The notes: generated by a model not told the origin, from the sequence alone. Shown: positions 1-11,424, counted from the stretch's first letter. The stretch is DNA of 37,930 bases from a virus (IMGVR_UViG_3300025848_000092:1-37930); one strand, 5' to 3'. Made by a program: numbers and translations.

Positions 1-1991
<1,991 letters not shown>

Positions 1992-1995
<4 letters not shown>

Positions 1996-2477
1996 TGCAG
2001 CATCAATTGCATTTCAGCCTGTCGTCTTCTGGTCAGACCGGGTAGTACACGGCCACCGCCCTTATTCCACTTGAGGAACTCAACAGCAGCTCCTTCTATA
2101 TCCCCTGCGTTATAAAGTCTCCTAAGAGTAGATGCTTCAAGAGCGCCGAGGCCGCAGTTAAAGGCAAAGGAAGCCAAGGCATCGAACTGGTTTTGATTAG
2201 TAACGCTATCAGGACACAATCTAAGAATGCCGCTCTCAAACCTAAGCAAATCCGCATCAAACAAAAGATCAATAGCTTCATCTGACCATTCTTTATTATG
2301 TTCTGGCTTTAATGGATAGCTCTTGCGGTCTACTACTTTTAACTTAACTTGCTCAGGGTATAGAACCCTACCAACACCCACAGTCCAGAGTACGGCAGGG
2401 CATAGGTAGGGCTTTTTGTGTACTCCCTCAAATGCCTTGATGAACTTCTTACCTGCTTCACTTACGCGCACTGGCAA
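1992..2477 (-). CDS. Endolysin, GH24 lysozyme
   Basis: FEG..KPYLCPAVLWTVGVG catalytic region, QNQFDALASFAFNCG, KWNKGGGRVLPGLTRRRQAE. Confidence 0.95.
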
Positions 2478-2949
2478 AAGCCTGCGATCCGAACCAGAAG
2501 GCTATGATGGAGGCGAACAGTGCCTGGGTCTCCTCATCCCACAATAGGGTTATAGCATCGTAGAATGACACTCCCTGACGTACTGCATACCAGCAACCAA
2601 ACATATTGATTGAACACAGCATAAAGAACATACAGTAAGTAATTACAGGCCGCACCGAGGCCCGTAAGCCAATGACCCACTTAGGTGCGCCCTTGCCTAT
2701 GTCAGTGTCATGCTGGTACAGAGCCAGCCTTTCTGAAGCAATAGTCTGAGCTATCGCAGCATCTGCCCTAATCTCCTCAATCCGCTGCTGAGCTACATAG
2801 CCCCGTTCAGCCATGTACGCCTCTCGCTCAATGGAGATACGCATCATCTCCAACTCATGCTTCTTGTCGCCCCTGTCTTTAAACAAATCAAGCAACTTAG
2901 GCAGACCACCAGTCAAGAAAGAAGCAATGGTGGATAGCAAGGTCAGCAT
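2458..2949 (-). CDS. Holin-like membrane protein (3TM-type)
   Basis: N-terminal hydrophobic segment, LRASVRPVITY followed by a TM helix, and IIAFWFGS at the C-terminus. Overlaps the endolysin start. Confidence 0.65.
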   Translation of the reverse strand: MLTLLSTIASFLTGGLPKLLDLFKDRGDKKHELEMMRISIEREAYMAERGYVAQQRIEEIRADAAIAQTIASERLALYQHDTDIGKGAPKWVIGLRASVRPVITYCMFFMLCSINMFGCWYAVRQGVSFYDAITLLWDEETQALFASIIAFWFGSQAFASARK

Positions 2950-3425
2950 TATTCATTTCTCCCAAATAACCACATTGATACAGCAACTGGCAGAACCAAG
3001 ATGGCAACTATCAAACCAATAACTATGATGTTCTGAAACATCTTAGCTTTCTTCTTTCGCTGTAACTCAGCTACTCGCTCACGGCTATTTCTGATCTGCC
3101 TACGTTCTTCCATCATCTCTCGGTAGGTATCAACACCAAACCGATAGACAATCAACTCTCTAAGTTCTTTCTCTTGTTGTTCGATCTTCTTTCGCCGCAT
3201 CAAGTTCTCTACGGCTTCTTGCTCTACACTGCCTTTGTGTAAGAGCTTCTTAAATAACGGAGGGTCTCTTGAGTCTTCTTCAGCTTGCTTCAGGTCTGCA
3301 CAGGCAGAGAACCAGGTACCTAACTGACCACCTATATCCTCAATCTCTCTACCAGCCTCTACAGCCTTCTTAACAAAGCTATAGGCTGCGGAGGCAGTGG
3401 CAAAGGCAGTGACTGGATCAAGCAT
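2949..3425 (-). CDS. Coiled-coil protein with C-terminal membrane anchor (lysis cassette)
   Basis: 158 aa with a charged helical middle and IIVIGLIVAILVLPVAVSMWLF at the C-terminus. Translationally coupled to its neighbours. Confidence 0.6.
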   Translation of the reverse strand: MLDPVTAFATASAAYSFVKKAVEAGREIEDIGGQLGTWFSACADLKQAEEDSRDPPLFKKLLHKGSVEQEAVENLMRRKKIEQQEKELRELIVYRFGVDTYREMMEERRQIRNSRERVAELQRKKKAKMFQNIIVIGLIVAILVLPVAVSMWLFGRNE

Positions 3426-3647
3426 TTACTTGTCAGCTTTATCATCAAGTTTATCTATGATCTTACTTAGCTGTTCTTTGATGTCTTTAAGATCATTACG
3501 ATAATCATCCTTACCAACATACTTGACAGGTAGGTCTCTGACATCACTATCCAGTCTATCAATCGCTATATAAATGCGATTCAGAGTCCAACCACCAAAG
3601 AAGGCAGCAGCAGTAACAGCTAGATTAAACAAGGTCTGATAATCCAC
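3426..3647 (-). CDS. Small N-terminally anchored coiled-coil membrane protein (lysis cassette)
   Basis: 73 aa, AGGAG RBS before a GTG start, TM segment followed by heptad-like tail. Confidence 0.6.
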   Translation of the reverse strand: MDYQTLFNLAVTAAAFFGGWTLNRIYIAIDRLDSDVRDLPVKYVGKDDYRNDLKDIKEQLSKIIDKLDDKADK

Positions 3648-3657
3648 GATCTACTCC

Positions 3658-4143
3658 TTACGGTTTTTCAGGCCAAGTGATTGTTACAGGGAATCCAGCC
3701 TGCTGTGGGACATCACGCAGAGCTTGACGGTAGGCCGCCCATGCTGCTTTGTCTACAGGAGCATCAGCAACTTGTGTCCAGTCAGTTTGCGTCAGCAGGG
3801 TGTCTCGCTGGTTCCTGGCATTGGTTGCGAACTCAGCATCCTTCTGTGCCTTGTAAGCCGCTTCCTGCTCTACTGCCGTAGCATCTTCAGTGTTGGCAAA
3901 GACGGGGCCAAGGATGTACTTGGTGTACCACTTGCCATCAACCTGCTCAACACCAGCACGCATGGAGTATTGATAAACAGTACCGCCAGTGGCCTGTGCG
4001 CCTTCAAAGACAACATCAGCCCCCAGAGCTTCCAAGACCTCATCGGTAGTGCGATCCCATGTAGGGCCACCATTCTCTTTCTGGTAGCGCCGGAACTGAT
4101 CTTCCAGCATCACCTCGCCTGTACTGCGTAGTCTGATTTCCAT
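3658..4143 (-). CDS. Tail-fibre assembly chaperone-like protein
   Basis: C-terminal RNQRDTLLTQTDWTQ..WAAYRQALRDVPQQAGFP..WPEKP motif, downstream of the fibre genes. Confidence 0.8.
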   Translation of the reverse strand: MEIRLRSTGEVMLEDQFRRYQKENGGPTWDRTTDEVLEALGADVVFEGAQATGGTVYQYSMRAGVEQVDGKWYTKYILGPVFANTEDATAVEQEAAYKAQKDAEFATNARNQRDTLLTQTDWTQVADAPVDKAAWAAYRQALRDVPQQAGFPVTITWPEKP

Positions 4144-4152
4144 AGGTGCTCC

Positions 4153-4629
4153 TTATGCGTATGCCCATTGACCCTGAAAGTTGTTTTTACAGCGCCACAT
4201 AACAGTTGCGCGCTTTACTCCAGTAGCCTGTTCGCATTCGCCAGACGTATCAAAAACCCCAGCCGGAGTCACATAACGTTTACCCAAATGCGCGGCAGCC
4301 AATGCCTTGGCATGAGCTAATGACTTGGTTTTTCCTCGTAATGCGTTGCCAATTTTCTCAGACCACTTTGCATCGCGCTTGGCTCCGGCATGAGGCAATC
4401 TGCTATTAGCTTCAACCGTGTCGCAGTAGACGTTCCAAACCGCATAAGGGCCAACATCATTTGTGCGGCACATCTGATAGCATCCAGCCTTCTTGCCACG
4501 AAGCTCCCATTTCCCAGTATCAATCCACCAAGCCTTCCATTCTTCAAACGTAAATAGAAAATCAATCCCCCTACGTTTTGAATCTGCCTTGCTGCGAGTG
4601 TACCCTTGTCTGAATTTGTCTTTGGTCAT
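4153..4629 (-). CDS. Free-standing homing endonuclease-like protein (His-Me/HNH-like domain plus NUMOD-like DNA-binding motifs)
   Basis: FTFEEWKAWW..MCRTNDVGPYAVWNV..N nuclease-like motif, basic helical repeats (KWSEKIGNALRGK / HAKALAAAHLGK), and a C-terminal HTH-like segment. Confidence 0.65.
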   Translation of the reverse strand: MTKDKFRQGYTRSKADSKRRGIDFLFTFEEWKAWWIDTGKWELRGKKAGCYQMCRTNDVGPYAVWNVYCDTVEANSRLPHAGAKRDAKWSEKIGNALRGKTKSLAHAKALAAAHLGKRYVTPAGVFDTSGECEQATGVKRATVMWRCKNNFQGQWAYA

Positions 4630-4630
4630 A

Positions 4631-6598
4631 TCAGGCCACGCTCAGGAAAATGTAACTTGCCCCGTTTATATTAACATTGTTGCCTGCGGCGCTACTTAAC
4701 TCAAAGCCTGCACTATAAGTATCAACCCAATCTGTTGTTGTCACTTCTGCTGCAGTAGAGTTCAAAACGAGGTAGCTGTCGTTACCAGCCACGATTCCCC
4801 GAGCGGTGTCGTAAACGTACCAGTCGCCAGTGGTGTCCGTTCGCTTGATGAGGACGAACCTTGCGCCTCCAGTGAAGCCGCAGTCGATCTGCTTGGTTGT
4901 GCCTGATCCGGTGTAGCTGCCGACTTTGCTGACGCCAGCGACGGTGGCGAATAGGTAGGCGACGTAGGTAACACCAGAAGCATTAAACCCCAATCCCAAA
5001 GAACTACTTACAGTGACGGATGTGCTAGTAGGACTAATGTTTCCATCAGTAGCCCCTGCGGTAGTTTCATTCAGACGCAAAAACTGAGTTGCTCCATAGT
5101 AAACAGTCCACCCCCCTGCCCCGCTTCTAGACTTAAAAATGCTTAACTCCGGAGCAGCACCAAGATTATGGCTAATAACTTGTGTTCCGGGGCCATTACC
5201 CGTATAGCACACCACATCAAAGAAGCCGGGGGCGCGACGGAAAGCATAAACTGCCGATGTAACACCGCTGCCGTTTAACTCATCAGTAAGGCCAGCGTTT
5301 GAACCGTATGTATATCCTGTATTATCAACAGTTCCAAACGTGTAAGTACCACTATTTGATTCGGAGCTGGTTGCATCAGATGCGAGTTTCTGAACAAACC
5401 CGCGCAATCTATCCTGCTGTTTCCAGCCATAACCAAGTGCTCTCCACTTAAACATGAATAAATCAGTGGGAAATCCGACATTTACTACTGTGCTAGACGA
5501 ACCATCTCCGGTTCTTGCAATAGGCGTAAACACACTCGTCCCACTCGTCGGCGTCTTCATCGGGCCACGGCGGATGGCGATGTAGATGTAGGTGCGGCTT
5601 GCGTTTAATGAAATGTTTGCCCCTGTAGCAAATACTTTCACATCACCCGTAGCAGAATTTTCTGCGCCTGATGTATTTGGGACAAGTCTTGCTGTCAAAG
5701 AGCCAGAACCAATACCAACAAGTCCGCGCATATTGTCTGAAACGCGCCAATCATCAGCAGCCCCTATATCTTTTGTCAGAATCCACTGAGGCTCCCATCC
5801 GAGGTTAATTGTGGCATTGGTTGAACCATCAGTCGTAAACGACCCACACGAAATAACATTGTCCGTACCAGACAGGCCAAAGCCGCCTGCATCGTGGGCG
5901 AAGAGGTAGGCGACGTATTGGTCGCCATTGGCGTTAAGTGTGTTTGCGCCACCCGGCTGATTAACAACAAAATAAGTGCTTGTAGGTGTTCCAAACAAAG
6001 TATCATTTGTTGCAGCCGCAGCAGTTGTGTTTAGGAACAAACTTTGTGATGGTGAAACACTACGATGATAAACAGACCAGTTTTGTGGACCACCAGCACC
6101 AGTAAAACTTAGGCATTTGACAATAATGCAACCGGGTGTTGATCCAAGGTTGTGGGCAACTTGTCTATCATTTTGTCCATTCCCCGTATAAGTCACAACA
6201 TCAAAGAACTTCGGCTGCTTGCGGAATGTCCATGAGGTGATTTTTCTACCGGAATCATTACTATTACCACTGTTGTATCCAAGCGTAAAACCATCAGTAT
6301 TGAAAGCAGTTAAATCACCATAGGTCTGTTGTGCCATCGTACTATTTGAGGCAAGTATTTTTGTTGAGCCACGGAGCGTGTCTTCAATGTCGTGATTAGA
6401 TACTGTTTCTCTGTTTTTTAACCAAACCATCCCGCCTTTACCGGCTAGATCAATCCCGTTGGTGATGGTCTGCGTAGAGCCGTTGCCGGTATAGAGATAC
6501 GTCGAGAACACATCCTCGATATACACTTTAGGCGCAGAGGCAGTGAATTCCCCGTAACCTTGGGAAGATGCAGCAGCTTTGGTGGTGGTGACGGGCAT
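4631..6598 (-). CDS. Tail fibre / receptor-binding protein with internal repeats
   Basis: 655 aa, Gly/Ser/Thr rich, with repeated FFDVVxYTGNG..HNLG..P..YVAYLFA and GS(F/Y)T..GxxxI.xGxxPxx(I/V) modules. Upstream of the fibre chaperone. Confidence 0.75.
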   Translation of the reverse strand: MPVTTTKAAASSQGYGEFTASAPKVYIEDVFSTYLYTGNGSTQTITNGIDLAGKGGMVWLKNRETVSNHDIEDTLRGSTKILASNSTMAQQTYGDLTAFNTDGFTLGYNSGNSNDSGRKITSWTFRKQPKFFDVVTYTGNGQNDRQVAHNLGSTPGCIIVKCLSFTGAGGPQNWSVYHRSVSPSQSLFLNTTAAAATNDTLFGTPTSTYFVVNQPGGANTLNANGDQYVAYLFAHDAGGFGLSGTDNVISCGSFTTDGSTNATINLGWEPQWILTKDIGAADDWRVSDNMRGLVGIGSGSLTARLVPNTSGAENSATGDVKVFATGANISLNASRTYIYIAIRRGPMKTPTSGTSVFTPIARTGDGSSSTVVNVGFPTDLFMFKWRALGYGWKQQDRLRGFVQKLASDATSSESNSGTYTFGTVDNTGYTYGSNAGLTDELNGSGVTSAVYAFRRAPGFFDVVCYTGNGPGTQVISHNLGAAPELSIFKSRSGAGGWTVYYGATQFLRLNETTAGATDGNISPTSTSVTVSSSLGLGFNASGVTYVAYLFATVAGVSKVGSYTGSGTTKQIDCGFTGGARFVLIKRTDTTGDWYVYDTARGIVAGNDSYLVLNSTAAEVTTTDWVDTYSAGFELSSAAGNNVNINGASYIFLSVA

Positions 6599-6607
6599 CG
6601 TTGTCTC

Positions 6608-7057
6608 TTATTTGAATTGAGTCTGGGAAGCCAACACAGTAAACGTGCCATTACCCGTCTTGATAACCGTATACACATACGAATCAATACCGCTGGCATT
6701 CCCTGCTGCCCATGCCGTACCGCCTTGATACTTAGGAGTCACCGATACACCATCGACCTGAACGGCAGAGTTGTAATAGGCCGTTGACCCCTGCGTCACC
6801 AGATGAGCTACGGTAATCGCCTGGCCTACCGACATCAAGTTATCCAGTTTAGTGTACTGGTCGCCCCGTAGGTTCAATGTCCAGTTAGCGGATGCGTTAG
6901 AGGTGTAGTACAGAACCGACTGCTGATTAACGTCAAAGTTAATAGTGCCTGTCGCAGCTACGGCAGCCACGGCAGACGTTTCCGTAAATCCTTTTGTTAG
7001 ATCAAGAGTAGGAACGTTAGGGACGTAATTAAACGCCGTGCGCTGAAGCTGGGGCAT
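6608..7057 (-). CDS. Tail-fibre-associated structural protein
   Basis: 149 aa, beta-rich, ending GIDSYVYTVIKTGNGTFTVLASQTQF. Lies within the fibre cluster. Confidence 0.6.
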   Translation of the reverse strand: MPQLQRTAFNYVPNVPTLDLTKGFTETSAVAAVAATGTINFDVNQQSVLYYTSNASANWTLNLRGDQYTKLDNLMSVGQAITVAHLVTQGSTAYYNSAVQVDGVSVTPKYQGGTAWAAGNASGIDSYVYTVIKTGNGTFTVLASQTQFK

Positions 7058-7539
7058 TAGTAGTTGCCTCCGAATGCGCTTACTGCAATAGCGATGTTCG
7101 TACCGCCAGCAGCTACCGTAGTGCCAGCGTAAATACGATAAGACGCGGGGAGATTCAGTCCATTCACAGGCAGCGTCAGAGAGTAGGTCGTTAATGCAGA
7201 CGTCCCCAGAGCCGTTACTGCGGTAGCTGGGATAGCCACTTCACCAAGGAAGATGTTGTTGCCTGCTGTCGTATTGGCAGAGCCATTGTTGATCCAAAAA
7301 CGAACCAAGGTGGCAGCCGAGGTGCCAGAGGCAGTAGCGCCGTTGGTAGAAGCCAATCGACATACAACCTGATCCAGGCGAGAACCATCAGCGCCAGCAG
7401 TGAACGCTAGCACCATAGCAGTACCAGTAGCCTCAGTACCATCAAAGGCTTTGGTGTTAGTCATGGCGGTCGAAAGAATAGCATTCAACGCACCAACATT
7501 AGGGGTCTGGGTAAAGATGGGGGTAGCTGTAACGGCCAT
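7057..7539 (-). CDS. Tail-fibre-associated structural protein
   Basis: 160 aa, Ala/Thr/Gly rich, C-terminal GGNY, coupled to flanking fibre genes. Confidence 0.55.
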   Translation of the reverse strand: MAVTATPIFTQTPNVGALNAILSTAMTNTKAFDGTEATGTAMVLAFTAGADGSRLDQVVCRLASTNGATASGTSAATLVRFWINNGSANTTAGNNIFLGEVAIPATAVTALGTSALTTYSLTLPVNGLNLPASYRIYAGTTVAAGGTNIAIAVSAFGGNY

Positions 7540-7541
7540 GA

Positions 7542-9002
7542 TTAGAATCCTCCGAAGGAATTAGCTAGAAATATATTGGAACCGCTTCTAGCGGCTGCAA
7601 TAGATGTTGATGCCCAAGTGGTACCATTACTTGTAAGTACATTACCACTAGTGCCTGGTGCCACAAACTGAACAGCACTTGTGCCGTTGCCAAGGATGAC
7701 GTTGTTGGCAGTGAGTGTCGTAGCTCCTGTGCCTCCACTACCTACAGCAAGCGTCCCTGTAGTCTGTGTTGCTAAGTTAATACTAGTAGCTGTAGGTGCT
7801 ACGTTAGCCCAAGCAGAGCCTGTATAGACCTTCATGGTATTGTCAGAGGTATTAAAATATAAAGCCCCTGTCAGCAAAGCATTACCATCATTGTCTACAG
7901 AGGGATCAGAGGATTTCTGTCCCAAATAACGATCATCAAACGCATCATAACTATTAGCAGCAGACGTAGCAGCACTGGAGGCACTAGAGGCACTAGAGGC
8001 TGCGTTAGAAGCTGAAGTAGCTGCATTAGAGGCTGAAGTAGCTGCGTTAGAAGCTGAAGTAGCAGCAGCAGCAGCGGAGGCAGCAGCGGCAGTGGTAGAA
8101 CCAAACAAAGTATCGATGTAGTTCTTTGTAGCTACATCTTGAGCATTAGTAGGGTCACCAGCACCTGTGATCTTATTGGTGCCCATTGCAATAGCACCAG
8201 ACATCGTACCACCCGTTAGGGGCAGCATCAGGTCAGCGTAGGCTTTGGTAGCGGCATCAGTATTGGAAGTAGGAGTACCAAGACCAGTGATCTTGTTAGT
8301 CCCCATTGCAATAGCACCTGTCATGGTGCCGCCGGACAGGCTTAACTTCCCAGCAAGAGAATTGGTTACGGTAGTCGAAAAGCTAGCATCATTGCCGAGT
8401 GCAGCGGCTAGTTCGTTAAGAGTATCCAATGCACCAGGAGCAGAGGCTACCAGATTACTGACCTGAGTATCTACATAGCCCTTGGTGGCTGCATCAGTGC
8501 TGGCAGATGGAGCGCCAATGTCAGAAAGCGTAGCTCCATTAAAATCTAAAGTACCATTAACTACCAAGTTATTAAGAGTAGTAGTGCCAGAGGAAGCAGT
8601 GACGTTTCCTGTGACATTCCCAGTCACATTACCAGTAAGATTACCCGTGACGTTACCAGTGACGTTGCCGGTAAGGTCTCCACTGAAGCCAGTGGTGGCA
8701 GTGACTGTGGTGCCTCGGACAGTAGTAGCAGTTGTAGCTCCTACCGTAGTGCCATTGATAGTACCACCAGTGATAGTAGCATTGCTGGAGGTCACAGCCC
8801 CTGTGATAGTACCGCTGGAGGTAATGTTGCCTGTAGTAACAGAAGAAGGATTAGTACCCAGTTCTACTACAGTGGCAGACGCATTCTCAGTGAACAGGCG
8901 CTTGTCAGTGACGTTGACTGCCAGTTCGCCTTGGACAAGGTTAGCGGCAGAAGGTACAGCGGCTGCTGTAGAACTATTCTTGATAATGATTGTTGACGGC
9001 AT
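7542..9002 (-). CDS. Long tail fibre (Mtd-N-like anchor, repeated shaft motifs)
   Basis: N-terminal LVQGELAVNVTDKRLF, TGNV repeats, three DAATKxY-type motifs, APGALDTLNELAAALGND, two GGTM(T/S)GAIAMGTNKITG, and SASNAAT repeats. Confidence 0.8.
   Translation of the reverse strand: MPSTIIIKNSSTAAAVPSAANLVQGELAVNVTDKRLFTENASATVVELGTNPSSVTTGNITSSGTITGAVTSSNATITGGTINGTTVGATTATTVRGTTVTATTGFSGDLTGNVTGNVTGNLTGNVTGNVTGNVTASSGTTTLNNLVVNGTLDFNGATLSDIGAPSASTDAATKGYVDTQVSNLVASAPGALDTLNELAAALGNDASFSTTVTNSLAGKLSLSGGTMTGAIAMGTNKITGLGTPTSNTDAATKAYADLMLPLTGGTMSGAIAMGTNKITGAGDPTNAQDVATKNYIDTLFGSTTAAAASAAAAATSASNAATSASNAATSASNAASSASSASSAATSAANSYDAFDDRYLGQKSSDPSVDNDGNALLTGALYFNTSDNTMKVYTGSAWANVAPTATSINLATQTTGTLAVGSGGTGATTLTANNVILGNGTSAVQFVAPGTSGNVLTSNGTTWASTSIAAARSGSNIFLANSFGGF
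7999..8063. repeat. 21-bp tandem repeat (x3) encoding TSASNAA
   Basis: GCTGC(G/A)TTAGA(A/G)GCTGAAGTA repeated three times. Confidence 0.85.
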
Positions 9003-9055
9003 AGACCCCTCGTAGTTCGCCTAACCCCTTTCCTAAAAACCCCGTGAGGCTCTTA

Positions 9056-9110
9056 AGAAAAGACTGCACAGCCCTATACCCTTTTGAGGTAAGTAAGACT
9101 GTGCAGCTTT
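9056..9110 (-). terminator. Hairpin/putative intrinsic terminator downstream of major capsid gene
   Basis: Inverted repeat CTGCACAG (9064-9071) / CTGTGCAG (9099-9106), followed on the - strand by TCTTTTCT. Confidence 0.55.
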
Positions 9111-9121
9111 TCAGACTATCC

Positions 9122-10075
9122 TTAGTCGTTGACTACCAGCACGAATGCCGAGTCAGGGCGGTACGCCTTCACACCATAGAGGGTATCTGCGGTGTAGAGG
9201 TTAGCCAGGTACTCCTGCTTGTACTGGGTCTGGCTGCGAACACCCATCTGCTCTGCAAGGATCAGGGAGTCCTTGTGCATCAGCATGGCGGCAATCAAAC
9301 GGTCACCAGCGGTGTTGGCTGCTGCCGTTTCTACTTCAGGGCAGTTGCTGGTAACGTAGATGTCGATGCCATACAGCTCACCGATCTTGCCATTCTGTAC
9401 ACCACGACCGTTTACGAAGTCGCTGGATACATAGCGGTCAATACCCATGATGGCATTGCGGAGCGCGGGCGGGATTACAAAGACGCGGTTGTCCATCGGT
9501 ACGTCAGCATCATCCATCAACTGGATCAGCGAACGGAAGCCAGCATCAGTGAATACATCGCTGGTGGTTACCGTGTCTTCTGCGTACAGCGTCAGGCCGG
9601 TGGTGGCATCGATGAAGTACGAAGCACTGTGAGTCCAGTCGGAGCCATCACCATCGCCAAGGCTCTTGCCGAGTGCGAACAGATCGGAATCAATCTGCTT
9701 GGCAAGGGCATAACCAGCGTCTTCGGTGTAGAAGCGACGGAGGCTGTCCAAGGACTGGACACCCACGATATCTTCGATAAGGCGCGAGTACTCGTAGTGT
9801 TTGTTGATTACTACCTGAACTTCAGACTCAGTGTTGTTCTGAAGCGTTACGGCAGTGTTCTCGGACTTGGCGTATGCACTGCCACGGGTCGGAGCCGGGA
9901 TGTGCATGGTGTCGCCTTTCTTGCCTTTCATCGAAAGACGCTTAACCAGGCGAGCCAGTACAAGATTCTTCTCGTAAGAGGCGCGAATCTCGTCAGACCA
10001 AAGTTCGGGAATAAAGGTCGCGGCTTCAGTAAGGCCAACCGCGCCGGTCATTGTGGGGTAAGTTGAAGTAGCCAT
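9122..10075 (-). CDS. Major capsid protein
   Basis: 317 aa, ATFIPELWS..KGKKGDTMHIP, GYALAKQIDSDL, NRVFVIPP, GELYGIDIY, ADTLYGVK. Follows the scaffold gene and has strong codon bias. Confidence 0.9.
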   Translation of the reverse strand: MATSTYPTMTGAVGLTEAATFIPELWSDEIRASYEKNLVLARLVKRLSMKGKKGDTMHIPAPTRGSAYAKSENTAVTLQNNTESEVQVVINKHYEYSRLIEDIVGVQSLDSLRRFYTEDAGYALAKQIDSDLFALGKSLGDGDGSDWTHSASYFIDATTGLTLYAEDTVTTSDVFTDAGFRSLIQLMDDADVPMDNRVFVIPPALRNAIMGIDRYVSSDFVNGRGVQNGKIGELYGIDIYVTSNCPEVETAAANTAGDRLIAAMLMHKDSLILAEQMGVRSQTQYKQEYLANLYTADTLYGVKAYRPDSAFVLVVND

Positions 10076-10092
10076 GATATTCTCCTAGAAGG

Positions 10093-10866
10093 CTAGTTAA
10101 TAACCCGTTTCTCTGCATACGCCTGCCGAATCTCAGCGGCTAAGGCAGCATACCGATCGGGGTCATCTTTCATCAGTGTGATAATGTCCTGTCGTCGGAA
10201 CTTCTTCTTAGGCTGTGGTTCAGCAGCTACGTTGTTGTTGCCAGAGGCTGCGCGACGCACAGTCTCCTTGCGAGAGGTCTGTTCAGACGTCGCCGCCTGA
10301 TTCACAAGGCCCTGACGTTCTTTCCACAGTGAGAACAACTCATCTGCGGCATCTACGTCATACTCCTTGTCAGCCCTCAACAACAAAGCCTGACGAACCT
10401 TAGAGCTACCAATCCAGTTTAGGAAACCCTCATTCACCAACAAGTCATGGGCATCTGGGTGACGGCGAAGCATCTCTGCTTGTGCCGTTGCCTGCTTCTG
10501 CTTCTGCGTTAGGCTACGAAGCTCTTGGAAGGCTGGATGCTTTTCGATTGTCTGTGAGACAGCCCCTTCTGGATCGCTAAAGAAATCAACTTCTTTGACA
10601 GGTTCTTTTTTGATAACAAGTTCTGTCTGTTTGGTTATGAGATCATCCACTGCCTTTCGCAGTTCGCCTACCTCATTAGCCTGACGCCCCATAGCCTTCT
10701 CGGCCTCTTGGTGCATCCTGACAATGTCCTGTAGGGATTTGTTGCGATACTTTTCTGGAAGCTCCTCAGAAGGCTGGGCAGGTTCTTCTGCCTTATCCTT
10801 GATCTCCAAGGCTTCAAGAGCAGCTATCTCATTTTCCAATTGACGCTCGTTAAGTAGTTCAGCCAT
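10093..10866 (-). CDS. Capsid scaffolding protein
   Basis: Acidic helical protein, LPEKYRNKS..MHQEAEK..EVGELRK, C-terminal DPDRY..EIRQAYAEKRV. Directly upstream of the capsid gene. Confidence 0.8.
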   Translation of the reverse strand: MAELLNERQLENEIAALEALEIKDKAEEPAQPSEELPEKYRNKSLQDIVRMHQEAEKAMGRQANEVGELRKAVDDLITKQTELVIKKEPVKEVDFFSDPEGAVSQTIEKHPAFQELRSLTQKQKQATAQAEMLRRHPDAHDLLVNEGFLNWIGSSKVRQALLLRADKEYDVDAADELFSLWKERQGLVNQAATSEQTSRKETVRRAASGNNNVAAEPQPKKKFRRQDIITLMKDDPDRYAALAAEIRQAYAEKRVIN

Positions 10867-10933
10867 TATTCACTCCGTGACTTAGCATTGTGGAGAATAT
10901 AAACAGGCCACTTGGCTAGTGGTTGACTGTTCG

Positions 10934-11146
10934 TTAGTCGTATTTCTTAGAACCCTTCTCGTGATACCTAGCCCACTTATAGGAGGCTCCGGGGTAATCG
11001 GCATTAAAAGGTATCTTCAAGCTAGGGGCTGAGATAACACGAATAGAGGTGCTGTTGCAGTCAGGACAGGTAGCCTCTCTCACAGAGGAGGAGACATTGC
11101 GTTCAAAGACATGGCCGGAAGGGCACTTGAAATCAAACAGCATCAT
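10934..11146 (-). CDS. FmdB-like zinc-ribbon protein
   Basis: M(M)LFDFKCPSGHVFE..CPDC..RVISAP. The start is likely at an internal ATG rather than 11173. Confidence 0.7.
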   Translation of the reverse strand: MMLFDFKCPSGHVFERNVSSSVREATCPDCNSTSIRVISAPSLKIPFNADYPGASYKWARYHEKGSKKYD

Positions 11147-11384
11147 CAGCCCCCTGAGCCTCCAGTGAGGCAATAGTCTGGGAGATGGTGTCCTGAAAGT
11201 TCAGCAAAGTTGTGATGGCGGCGAGTTGTCCCTGACGGTAGTCAAGGTCTCGACAATCACGAATTGTAGCTACGTTATTGACGGTCTCGGCAGTTAGTCT
11301 TAGGTTATCTAAGAGCTGCTTCCAACCAGGAAGGGCAAAGAGGTCTAAATAGTTATTGTAGTAGTCTTCTAATTCTTTATTCAA
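11133..11384 (-). CDS. Small helical protein of the head module
   Basis: 83 aa, LF..PGWKQLL..YRQGQL motif. TTG start after an AAGGTG RBS, just downstream of a consensus promoter. Confidence 0.65.
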   Translation of the reverse strand: MNKELEDYYNNYLDLFALPGWKQLLDNLRLTAETVNNVATIRDCRDLDYRQGQLAAITTLLNFQDTISQTIASLEAQGADDAV

Positions 11385-11395
11385 TATACACCTTT

Positions 11396-11424
11396 ATTAT
11401 ACCACAATTCTGTGGAAAAGTCAA
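11396..11424 (-). promoter_or_regulatory. Sigma70 promoter (extended -10) for scaffold/capsid genes
   Basis: TTGACT-17 nt-TATAAT with TGn before the -10. The spacer contains the palindrome CCACA-N4-TGTGG. Confidence 0.8.

Noticed and set aside
4631-9002. Diversity-generating retroelement targeting an Mtd-like fibre
   Set aside because: No reverse transcriptase or TR/VR pair is visible, and differences between repeated regions are not adenine-specific.
9044-10066. 340-aa antisense ORF across the capsid gene
   Set aside because: Shadow ORF from strong codon bias. It has no RBS or recognisable motifs and lies against the operon direction.
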